A DNA stretch of 64,000 nt from Saccharofermentans sp. (lineage in GTDB: Bacteria > Bacillota > Clostridia > Saccharofermentanales > Saccharofermentanaceae): NCBI GenBank assembly GCA_024403675.1, contig JAKSRH010000006.1, forward strand, positions 24,111 through 88,110, read 5' to 3'. Below the pieces are notes generated by a model. It did no database searches. It worked only from the letters and a program-made list of their open reading frames with translations, and had not been told where the DNA came from. The position numbers were made by a program, and so were the translations under genes. Positions 20,346-29,390 of the stretch are shown in pieces (the first letter of the stretch is position 1; each line of letters starts with the position of its first letter).

Positions 20346-22700
20346 TTAAATATCTCGGGCATAAGTAACTACAGTGTGGTGGCCGTTATTAGTTTCCTCA
20401 CCAGTTGCCTTAAAGCCCTGACTTTCCCAGAAGGAAATAGCTTCTTTATTATCCTTTACGCATCCTAAAGAAACATAGTCATAGTTTATACCTTTTAGTG
20501 CCGCACGAACATCGGCAAATATTTGTGAACCGATGCCCTGACGCTGCATTTCGCCATCAACTAAGAACCAGCCTATGAATGCATCATCACTTTCAGGATA
20601 GCCCGTAATGAGATCCATAAGAGCCACCAAACGCTCATCTTTGTAGAAACCAACAAAGTACTTGTTATTAAGACTTACCCCTGATGGGACGTCACTAATA
20701 ATTGCAGTAAGACTTTCTCTTGTAGGAATTTTGCCAAGGTAACGGTAATACTTTTTGTTTGTTTTACATAGACGATAAACGGCAGTGATATCTGCTTCTG
20801 TAATTTTTCTAACGTCGTAGTTAGTTGCAAGGGACTGAATATCAAAGTTATTACTTTGGTTCTCTTCATAACTAATAGCCTGACGGAACTGAGTCTCATA
20901 AAGCATATGGTATGTACCATTAAGAGCAAGTAGTTCTTCATGTGTGCCTTGCTCAGCGATTACACCGTCCTTAACCACAAGTATGCTATCCGCCTTAAGG
21001 ATAGTGGATAGGCGGTGAGCGATAATGATGCTTGTTCTATCTCTCATCATAGTCTCGAGAGCATTCTGGATGGAAATTTCAGAGATGGAATCGAGAGCGG
21101 AAGTTGCCTCGTCGAGAATTAGAATCTTAGGGTCTTTAAGGATTACACGAGCGATAGAAATACGCTGTTTTTCACCACCAGAAAGCTTAAGACCACGGTT
21201 ACCAACTTCAGTCTCATAGCCCTTTGGCTGCTTGATAATAAAGTCATGTATGTTAGCGATGCGACACGCCTTCTCGATTTCTTCCATAGTAGCATCTTCT
21301 TTAGCATATCGGAGGTTATCAAGAATAGTGCCATTAAATAGGTAAGTATCCTGAGTTACTACACCAATACAACTTCTAAGGTAACTTAAGTCAAAATCTT
21401 TTACATCAACACCAGCAATAGTGACACTACCACCATCGACGTCGTAAAGGCGAGGAATCATGTTAACCACAGTAGATTTACCTGAACCAGATGGTCCTAC
21501 AATGGCATACATCTTGCCGCCTGGCACGGTGAAATTAATATCGGTAAGAAGAGGCTTATCACCGTCGTAACTAAAGCTTACATGGTTATATGATATCTCT
21601 TTCATGGCAACTTCTGGCTTAGCACCGTTTTCTGGGGAAACGATAGTGTTTTCTCTGTCGAAGTAGTCGAAGATTCTAGTAAAGAGTGCCAAGGAGCGAG
21701 TAAAGTCTACCTGAATATTGAGAAGTGATTCTACAGGTCTATATAGTCTATTAATAAGAGCTACTGTGGCGGTGATAGTACCTACGGAAAGTGCTGCGTC
21801 GTGGTTACCGATAATAAGAAGACCACCTACGAAATAAATAAGAAGTGGGCCTACTTGGCTAAACATTCCCATAACTACCATGAACCACTTACCTGAGCGT
21901 TTTTCTTTAAGTGCCACTTCAGTTGCTTCTTCGTTAAGTTTTCTGAAGTTTTCGTACTCGGTCTTTTCACGTGTGAAAAGCTTAACGAGCATGGAGCCAC
22001 TAACGGACAAAGTCTCGTTAATTACTTGGTTCATTTCGTCGTTTTTTTCTTGGCTTTCGGATAGAAGTTCCCATCTCTTTTTACCTGCACTCTTAGTAGG
22101 GAGGACAAGAAGCGGGATGATAGCAATGCCCACTAATGCTAACTTCCAGTTCATAGTAAAAAGTGCCACAAGGGTAGTAATGCAGGTAGCAAGATTACTA
22201 ACTATGCTCGAAAGAGTGCCACTAATTACAGTGCTTACACCACTAATGTCAGTGTTCATACGTGTAATGATGTCACCTTGTTTCTCGGAGGTAAAAAAGG
22301 AATGTGGCATGTACTGAAGGTGCTTATACATCTGGTTTTTCATGTCAAAGATGATGCGCTGCGAAATCCAAGAGTTGATGTAGCTTTCGAGGACACCAAT
22401 TACTTGGCTAATAGCTAAAGTTACAAACGCCATGAGGAGAAGTCGAATAAGTAAAGCCATATCTTTTCCAACTAAGGCTTGGTCTACGATTTTACCTGTG
22501 ATAATAGATGGGAAAAGACCTACTGTCGCGGATAAAAGGATTGCTATAAATACAAAAATAAATTGAATCCAATATGGTTTGAGATAAGAGAGAATTCTTA
22601 GAAGAAGCGACTTTGTCACCTTAGGCATGTTCTTCTTTTCTTCTTCTGTTAGAAATCCTCTAGGTCCAAGTGAGTTACGTCCGCCACCCATTCCTGCCAT
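20346..22700 (-). CDS. ABC exporter (TMD+NBD) fused to C-terminal GNAT acetyltransferase
   Basis: TM domain, GPSGSGKST, LSGGEKQR, ILDEATSALD; C-terminal ~160 aa with QRQGIGS acetyl-CoA motif and AISFWESQGF. Confidence 0.88.
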   Translation of the reverse strand: MAGMGGGRNSLGPRGFLTEEEKKNMPKVTKSLLLRILSYLKPYWIQFIFVFIAILLSATVGLFPSIITGKIVDQALVGKDMALLIRLLLMAFVTLAISQVIGVLESYINSWISQRIIFDMKNQMYKHLQYMPHSFFTSEKQGDIITRMNTDISGVSTVISGTLSSIVSNLATCITTLVALFTMNWKLALVGIAIIPLLVLPTKSAGKKRWELLSESQEKNDEMNQVINETLSVSGSMLVKLFTREKTEYENFRKLNEEATEVALKEKRSGKWFMVVMGMFSQVGPLLIYFVGGLLIIGNHDAALSVGTITATVALINRLYRPVESLLNIQVDFTRSLALFTRIFDYFDRENTIVSPENGAKPEVAMKEISYNHVSFSYDGDKPLLTDINFTVPGGKMYAIVGPSGSGKSTVVNMIPRLYDVDGGSVTIAGVDVKDFDLSYLRSCIGVVTQDTYLFNGTILDNLRYAKEDATMEEIEKACRIANIHDFIIKQPKGYETEVGNRGLKLSGGEKQRISIARVILKDPKILILDEATSALDSISEISIQNALETMMRDRTSIIIAHRLSTILKADSILVVKDGVIAEQGTHEELLALNGTYHMLYETQFRQAISYEENQSNNFDIQSLATNYDVRKITEADITAVYRLCKTNKKYYRYLGKIPTRESLTAIISDVPSGVSLNNKYFVGFYKDERLVALMDLITGYPESDDAFIGWFLVDGEMQRQGIGSQIFADVRAALKGINYDYVSLGCVKDNKEAISFWESQGFKATGEETNNGHHTVVTYARDI

Positions 22701-22796
22701 TGTTTTACCCTCTTATATTAAATAAATGTCTATTAGTCTAGTTTATCAAAAAGTGATAAGATAAAAACATCAAATATATTTAGGGAGGATTTTCCA

Positions 22797-24221
22797 ATGA
22801 GTAAGGAAAAGTCGGTTAAGGCGCAGCCAACTGAAGCAATTACAGATGCTAGAACCCTTGGTATTCCTAAGATGCTTTTGCTTGGTATTCAGCACCTTTT
22901 TGCAATGTTTGGTGCCACTATTTTGGTACCTATTTTGGTTGATGGTTATTTCTTTAGTGCTACAGGAGAACACATTTCTCAAGGATTAACAGTAGCTGTT
23001 ACACTCTTTTGTGCAGGATTTGGTACATTGTTTTTTCATTTGTGTTCTAAGTTTAAAGTTCCTGCTTTTCTTGGATCTTCCTTCGCATTTCTTGGTGGAT
23101 TTAAGACAATTGCTGAACTTGATTCAGGAGCTTATGCTGCAATGGGAGCAGATGAGAAAGTTCTTTATGCGTGTGGTGGTATAGTTATCGCAGGTCTTTT
23201 GTATCTTGTTTTGGCTCTTGTTATCACTCTTGTTGGTGTTAATAGAGTTATGAAATTCCTTCCACCTGTAGTTACTGGTCCAATCATTATTTGTATCGGA
23301 CTTTCACTCGCTCCTTCTGCAATTGTTAATGCTTCTTCTAACTGGCTTCTCGCCTTTATAGCTCTTGCTGTAATTATTGTATTTAATATCTGGGGTAAGG
23401 GAATGTTCAAGATTATTCCTATCCTTATGGGTGTTGTTATTTCTTATGCACTCGCAGTTATTCTTAATAGTTGTGGCGTTACAAATCCAGATGGCTCTAA
23501 GATAATTGAATTTGCATCCGTATCTTCTGCAAGTTGGGTAGGCGTTCCTGCTTTCCGTCTAGCAAAGTTTGACCTTACAGCAATATTTGTTATGGCTCCT
23601 ATTGCTATCGCTTCCATGATGGAGCATATCGGTGATATGTCTGCTATTTCTGCTACAGTAGGTAAGAATTTTATTTCAGATCCAGGTCTTAATAGAACAC
23701 TTCTTGGAGATGGTCTTGCTACATCACTTTCTGGTATGGTTGGTGGACCTGCTAACACAACATATGGAGAGAATACGGGTGTGCTTGAGCTTTCCAAGGT
23801 TCATGATCCACGCGTAATTAGACTTGCTGCTATTTTTGCAATTGTTCTCTCATTTGTTCCTAAGTTTTCTGGAATTATTTCTACAATGCCTTCATCTATT
23901 ATCGGCGGAGTTTCCTTCATGCTTTACGGTATGATTTCTGCTATTGGTGTACGTAATGTAGTAGAGAATAAGGTTGATCTCACAAAATCTAGAAATCTTA
24001 TTATTGCAGGTGTAATCTTTGTATGTGGTCTTGGATTTACAGATGGAATTACATTTGCTATTGCAGGCAAGTCTATCACACTTACAGCTCTTGCTATCGC
24101 AGCTATTGCAGGTATCGCTCTTAATGCAATTCTTCCTGGTAAGGATTACGAATTTGGAACTAATCCAGATGGTGATAAGAGCAGAGGAGTATATATAGCT
24201 AATACAGACTCTAAGAAATAA
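22797..24221 (+). CDS. uraA: Uracil/xanthine permease (NCS2, UraA/PyrP-like)
   Basis: QHLFAMFG, FLGSSFAF, TTYGENTG motifs; adjacent to upp. Confidence 0.88.
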   Translation: MSKEKSVKAQPTEAITDARTLGIPKMLLLGIQHLFAMFGATILVPILVDGYFFSATGEHISQGLTVAVTLFCAGFGTLFFHLCSKFKVPAFLGSSFAFLGGFKTIAELDSGAYAAMGADEKVLYACGGIVIAGLLYLVLALVITLVGVNRVMKFLPPVVTGPIIICIGLSLAPSAIVNASSNWLLAFIALAVIIVFNIWGKGMFKIIPILMGVVISYALAVILNSCGVTNPDGSKIIEFASVSSASWVGVPAFRLAKFDLTAIFVMAPIAIASMMEHIGDMSAISATVGKNFISDPGLNRTLLGDGLATSLSGMVGGPANTTYGENTGVLELSKVHDPRVIRLAAIFAIVLSFVPKFSGIISTMPSSIIGGVSFMLYGMISAIGVRNVVENKVDLTKSRNLIIAGVIFVCGLGFTDGITFAIAGKSITLTALAIAAIAGIALNAILPGKDYEFGTNPDGDKSRGVYIANTDSKK

Positions 24222-24245
24222 TAATTGAAACGGTTGGTATGAATT

Positions 24246-24887
24246 ATGTTCGAGAATGAAGTTAACATTAATATTTGTAAGCACCCACTTATTAAGCATA
24301 AGATTTCGCTTCTTCGTGATAAGAAGACAGGTACAAATGAGTTCCGTAAGCTTGTAGAAGAGATTGCAATGCTTGAGGGTTATGATGCCCTCGCAGATCT
24401 TCCTTTGGAGGATGTAGAGATTGAGACTCCTATCGAGAAGTGCATGACTCCTATGGTAAAGGGTCCCAAGCTTGCTGTAGTGCCTATTCTTCGTGCAGGT
24501 CTTGGTATGGTATCTGGTATTCTTGCTCTTACACCTTCAGCTAAGGTGGGTCATATTGGTATGTATCGTAATGAGGAGACACATGAGCCAGTTCCTTATT
24601 ACTGCAAGCTTCCAGAGAAGATTAGTGAGCGTACAATTGTTGTAGTAGATCCTATGCTTGCTACAGGTGGTTCTGCTGTAGATGCTATCGATCAGATTAA
24701 GAAGCAGGGTGGAAAGAATATTAAATTCCTTTGCATTATTGCTGCACCAGAGGGTGTTAAGAAGCTTCACGAAAAGCATCCAGACGTACAGATTTATATT
24801 GGTAATCTTGATAGAGAACTTAATGAGAATGCATATATCTGTCCTGGTCTTGGAGATGCAGGAGATAGAATCTTTGGTACAAAGTAA
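24246..24887 (+). CDS. upp: Uracil phosphoribosyltransferase
   Basis: [27 protein letters not shown]. Confidence 0.97.
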   Translation: MFENEVNINICKHPLIKHKISLLRDKKTGTNEFRKLVEEIAMLEGYDALADLPLEDVEIETPIEKCMTPMVKGPKLAVVPILRAGLGMVSGILALTPSAKVGHIGMYRNEETHEPVPYYCKLPEKISERTIVVVDPMLATGGSAVDAIDQIKKQGGKNIKFLCIIAAPEGVKKLHEKHPDVQIYIGNLDRELNENAYICPGLGDAGDRIFGTK

Positions 24888-24903
24888 TTAAATAAAGTTC
24901 TAG

Positions 24904-24937
24904 TAAAAAAGACCGACTTTTATGTCGGTCTTTTTTA
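24904..24937. terminator. Bidirectional terminator between upp and the phosphonate operon
   Basis: taaaaaagaccgac-ttttat-gtcggtctttttta. Confidence 0.85.
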
Positions 24938-26059
24938 TTACAATGAACTCAAATAGTCCATAAAGTTTTCTTTATTTTCTAGTGCTGTAGTGGTTGGTCG
25001 ACCAAGATCATCACGTGCTCCTATGGAACATTTGACCTCTATAAGAGATAACTCTTTTCTAAGTTTGGCACTAGATAATTCTTTATCCAAATCCTCGAAA
25101 TTATCAACGCAGATTGCGTTAGGGTAACCACATGCTTTAGCTATAGCGACTATATCCATAGTATCAGCAACTGTTGGCATGCCTCCTACGGTCTCGTGAG
25201 CGGCATTATTAATTACAACATGAACAAGGTTATTAGGTTTATTTGCGCCTATAACAGCCATGGAGCCCATGTGCATAAGAACTGCACCATCGCCGTCAAT
25301 GCACCAAACAGTTGTATCAGGTTTGCTTATTGCTACACCAAGTGCGATGGAAGAACTGTGGCCCATGGAGCCTACTGTGAGAAAATCATATTTGTGGGAC
25401 TGGCAATTAGCTTCACGTGTTTCAAAAAGCTCACGGCTAGCCTTGCCAGTAGTGGACACAATAGGGTCATCACCAGAAGCCTCTACGATGTGCTGGATTA
25501 TTTCTTCGCGCACCATCTTGTTGTCGTTTGTATACTTAACTTTGCCGTCAAAGGAGAGAGCACCCTTACGAATAACGAAAGCAACGTCCTTGCCATTATT
25601 TAGGTCTACCTTAAAGTTTTCCATGGCAGCAGCAACTTCTTCATCAGTGGTTTCTTTGCCTATTACATAGGAATTAATTCCCATGTCATCGAGAAGTTTA
25701 ACTGTAACTTCGCCTTGATAAATATGCTGAGGTTCATCGTGGATGCCAGGTTCGCCACGCCATCCGATAATGAATACCATAGGGATGGCATACACCTTGT
25801 CATTAAGAAGGGAAGCGACAGGATTAATGATGTTGCCTTCACCACTATTTTGCATGTAGACAGCAGGGATTTTACCTGTGGCTAAGTGATAACCTGCAGC
25901 AAGAGCTGTGCAGTTACCTTCATTAGCTGCAATAATATGGTGATTTTTGTCGATTCCATAAGTATCCATCAAGTAATTACAAAGGGCCTTGAGCTGGGAA
26001 TCTGGTACACCAGTATAAAAATCTGAACCGATTATCTCGACTAACTTTTCTACTTTCAC
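24938..26059 (-). CDS. aepY: Phosphonopyruvate decarboxylase
   Basis: TGVPDS, AANEG, YMQNSG, DEPQH, GSMGH, TPP motif DGDG...NN; next to PEP mutase. Confidence 0.93.
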   Translation of the reverse strand: MKVEKLVEIIGSDFYTGVPDSQLKALCNYLMDTYGIDKNHHIIAANEGNCTALAAGYHLATGKIPAVYMQNSGEGNIINPVASLLNDKVYAIPMVFIIGWRGEPGIHDEPQHIYQGEVTVKLLDDMGINSYVIGKETTDEEVAAAMENFKVDLNNGKDVAFVIRKGALSFDGKVKYTNDNKMVREEIIQHIVEASGDDPIVSTTGKASRELFETREANCQSHKYDFLTVGSMGHSSSIALGVAISKPDTTVWCIDGDGAVLMHMGSMAVIGANKPNNLVHVVINNAAHETVGGMPTVADTMDIVAIAKACGYPNAICVDNFEDLDKELSSAKLRKELSLIEVKCSIGARDDLGRPTTTALENKENFMDYLSSL

Positions 26060-26071
26060 GTTATCAACCTC

Positions 26072-26764
26072 TTATAAACTTCTTCTAACTTGCTCGAGTT
26101 CATCCACTGTATCAATCTCGACAATCTGATTATGATTTACAGGGTGAACCTTAAGTCTAATATCTTGGATATGCATATTTACAACATCGTCCCAGAAGAG
26201 ATTCTCGTAGCCTGGTTTGCCATATTCTTCTTCCATAAAAGATGCTAGAGCAGATGCTTCCTTTTCCTTAAAATAGGCGATTCCAGTCATGTTATATCGA
26301 TTGTCACCAACCTTACCAACACGGGTAATTATACCGTGTTCATCTGTATCAAATACCCAATCCTCAGAGTGCCCCTCTACCATCTTTCCGTAGTAGCAGG
26401 ATTCAGGCAAATCATGAAGGAAAATGGAATCGTCGGAGACGAATAAATCAGCTTCGCATATGAAGCAATCGCCCTTAGTCAGAACTTCTCTTGCTGCATA
26501 TACGGAAGAGATGTTATTTATGGTCTCATACACCTCGTTCTTGATAATGGATACGTTATCGTATTTAGTCTTGAGATAGTCAAACTGTTCTCCGAGATAA
26601 CCTACGACAACCACAATATTATTAACGCCTCTTTTTACAAGGCCGTCGATTACAGTCTCAATCATTGGCTTACTGCCTACTGTGATAAGTGGCTTAGGTG
26701 TGGTTTCAGTAAGAGGACGCATTCTTGTGCCCATACCGGAAGCCATTAAGATAGCATTTTCCAT
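26072..26764 (-). CDS. LicC/PntC-like cytidylyltransferase (NTP transferase)
   Basis: ASGMGTRM..LT...PKPL, NNISS, EIDT..EL; inside the phosphonate cluster. Confidence 0.82.
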   Translation of the reverse strand: MENAILMASGMGTRMRPLTETTPKPLITVGSKPMIETVIDGLVKRGVNNIVVVVGYLGEQFDYLKTKYDNVSIIKNEVYETINNISSVYAAREVLTKGDCFICEADLFVSDDSIFLHDLPESCYYGKMVEGHSEDWVFDTDEHGIITRVGKVGDNRYNMTGIAYFKEKEASALASFMEEEYGKPGYENLFWDDVVNMHIQDIRLKVHPVNHNQIVEIDTVDELEQVRRSL

Positions 26765-26775
26765 GTTGAAGTCCT

Positions 26776-28071
26776 TTATAAAGTATCGATAAGGGAGATG
26801 ATGTCCTTAATTGGCATAAGTCTGTCATCTACTTCTTTTGCTCTGTGGTATCTAAGGATATCCTTTGCTGTTTCTTCCATAGCAGGGAAGGCACTACGTG
26901 TAAGCTGGTTAGCGTAAATAACAATATTTACTCCGTGCATAGCGAGCTCTTCTTCAGTAATAGTATTGAAAGAAGAAGGAACAACAACAATAGGAGTTTC
27001 TTTGTTATCAAGTCTGAATTTATCGCAGAATTCCAAAATCTCAGCAGGATCCTTTTTGCGGCTGTGAATCATGATTGCATCAGCACCCGCTTCTACAAAG
27101 GCATGAGCTCTAGTAAGAGCATCTTCCATTCCCCTCTCAAGAATAAGGCTCTCAATTCTAGCGATAATCATAAAGTCATCTGTAAGCTGAACCTTCTTAC
27201 CAGCGCGAATCTTATTAGAAAAATTCTCGATGGAGTCCTGAGTCTGAGCAACTTCAGTTCCAAAAAGAGAGTTCTTTTTTAGGCCAGTTTTGTCCTCGAT
27301 AATTACAGCAGAAACACCCATTCTTTCTAGAGAACGAACAGTATATACAAAGTGTTCTGTAAGTCCGCCAGTGTCTCCATCAAAAATGATAGGCTTAGTA
27401 GTAACTTCAGTAACATCTTCAATTGTTCTGAATCGGCTTGTCATATCAACAAGTTCGATATCTGGCTTACCCTTGGCAGTAGAATCACAAAGGGAAGAAA
27501 TCCACATAGCATCAAATTGATCGAGTCTTCCTTCGTGCTCAACAACAGTTTTTTCTGCAATAAGACCAGTAAGTCCACTATGAACCTCAAGTGCCTTAAC
27601 AACAGGGCGAATATTAAGAAGTTGCTTTAATCGCTTACGGCGGAATTCTGGCATCATGAGCTTTTCGCGAATCTTATCATCTACATGCTTGACGTTTTCA
27701 TTGAATGTGTAAGGCACATCGATAATCTCTCCGCCATATGTAGAGAGTAATGATTCAACATTATTTCTAATAGCTTTAGTAGGACCAGATAACCAGTTGT
27801 CACCATGAATTACATAGTCAGGTTTATACTTAGAAATAACGTCATTGTACATAATATCTGACTGACAAATGACCTCATCAACGCCCTCAAGATTTTTAAT
27901 CATCTCAAATCTTTCATCGAATGACACTGTAGGAAAACGATCAAATTTAACCATTGCTTCATCAGATAAAACACCTATAACAAGGCGTCCGTATTTTTTT
28001 GCCTGATTTATAATATTCAAATGGCCTTCATGAATAACATCAGTAGTAAAACAAGAGTAAACAGTCTTCAT
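26776..28071 (-). CDS. aepX: Phosphoenolpyruvate mutase with N-terminal cytidylyltransferase-like domain
   Basis: Catalytic EDKTGLKKNS motif (EDKx5NS), DGDTG, ARIES; N-terminal HEGH nucleotidyltransferase motif. Confidence 0.95.
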   Translation of the reverse strand: MKTVYSCFTTDVIHEGHLNIINQAKKYGRLVIGVLSDEAMVKFDRFPTVSFDERFEMIKNLEGVDEVICQSDIMYNDVISKYKPDYVIHGDNWLSGPTKAIRNNVESLLSTYGGEIIDVPYTFNENVKHVDDKIREKLMMPEFRRKRLKQLLNIRPVVKALEVHSGLTGLIAEKTVVEHEGRLDQFDAMWISSLCDSTAKGKPDIELVDMTSRFRTIEDVTEVTTKPIIFDGDTGGLTEHFVYTVRSLERMGVSAVIIEDKTGLKKNSLFGTEVAQTQDSIENFSNKIRAGKKVQLTDDFMIIARIESLILERGMEDALTRAHAFVEAGADAIMIHSRKKDPAEILEFCDKFRLDNKETPIVVVPSSFNTITEEELAMHGVNIVIYANQLTRSAFPAMEETAKDILRYHRAKEVDDRLMPIKDIISLIDTL

Positions 28072-28086
28072 ATATAATCCTCTTTA

Positions 28087-29211
28087 TTAATTGTACTTGA
28101 TTGGAATAGAAATATTAAAATGCTTAAGAGCTTCCTTAAGAACCACGAAGAAATCATTAATATCTGATTCATCTATTGCACCAAGAGCACAAAGACGGAA
28201 TGTATTTGTATTAGAAATCTTGCCTGGATAAATAGTGAATCCACGTTTATAACAGTAATCGTGAACCTTTATGAAATCCCAGTTTGGATCATCTGGATAA
28301 ATAACAGATACAACGAGACCAGCCTGCCATTCTCTCTTTATAACATCTTTGAAACCGAGTTCATCTAGTCCAGCATGAATAGCGTTAAATACGCGAGTAT
28401 GGCGTTCCCATTTGGCCTTTTCGCCTTCTTGAAAATACTCGTTAAGAGCTTGTCTAGTAGCATATATAGTCTGCACAGGAGGTGTGAAATGCATCTCGCC
28501 TGTACGTTCAAAGAAATCATACTGCATGTACAGATTACAGTAATAAGAACGCTTAGGGTAATTCTTAGATGCTTCGATTATTGAAGTCTTACCTACAATA
28601 AAGGAAAGACCTGTCATAGCCATAAGACCTTTTTGGGCAGAAGCCATACAGAAATCAATATTGTCATCATGAACGTTAATTGGCCTCATAGCAAAAGTTG
28701 AAGTTGTGTCTACAGTAAACACGGCATTGTATTTGTGTGCAAGAGCACCAATTTCTTTAATTGGATTAAGGATGCCTGTTCCTGTCTCGTTATGAGTTGT
28801 ATGAACAAGTGCAATATCAGGATTATCAGAAAGAGTTTTTTCTATTACTTCTAAGTCTGGAAGCTGATCTATAGGAAATTTTAAATCGATATAAGGGAGA
28901 CCATAGTATTCGCAAATTTCAGCTGCTCTACTACTATATGCACCGTTATTCACAACAAGGATTTTCTTTCCTTCGGGAAGAAGGGAATTAATGCATACAT
29001 CAATGTTAATTGTTCCAGATCCACAGAAAAGAACGGATGTGTATTCGTCTGGATTCGCATGAACTATTTTTAAAAGGTCACTTCTAAGATCCTTCATCAT
29101 GTCTGCAAATTCACGTTCTCTTGGACAAATGTCAGGAACCACTTGAGCCATCTTTACAGAATCAGTAGTAGTACTAGGACCTGGATTTAATAAAATATTT
29201 CTTTTAATCAT
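28087..29211 (-). CDS. aepZ: 2-aminoethylphosphonate aminotransferase (AepZ/PhnW family)
   Basis: LLNPGP, HNETGTG, SAQKG (PLP lysine), HFTPP, FTIYPGK. Confidence 0.9.
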   Translation of the reverse strand: MIKRNILLNPGPSTTTDSVKMAQVVPDICPREREFADMMKDLRSDLLKIVHANPDEYTSVLFCGSGTINIDVCINSLLPEGKKILVVNNGAYSSRAAEICEYYGLPYIDLKFPIDQLPDLEVIEKTLSDNPDIALVHTTHNETGTGILNPIKEIGALAHKYNAVFTVDTTSTFAMRPINVHDDNIDFCMASAQKGLMAMTGLSFIVGKTSIIEASKNYPKRSYYCNLYMQYDFFERTGEMHFTPPVQTIYATRQALNEYFQEGEKAKWERHTRVFNAIHAGLDELGFKDVIKREWQAGLVVSVIYPDDPNWDFIKVHDYCYKRGFTIYPGKISNTNTFRLCALGAIDESDINDFFVVLKEALKHFNISIPIKYN

Positions 29212-29390
29212 AAAAATCACCCCTTATGGAATCATAACTATGATACCACTTTAGGGGTGATTTTAGATAGTTTATATACTAGATTAAGTACTGCTTCTGA
29301 GAATGAAAAATGTTTTCTTTCAAGAGTGATATCATCATCAAATGCGATAGAACTATTGTAAAGGTATTTTCATTTTAAAAAATGCACAAA

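Noticed and set aside
22701-22796. PyrR attenuator upstream of uracil permease-upp
   Set aside because: Intergenic region is short and AT-rich with no AGUCCAGAGAGGCU-like loop or terminator
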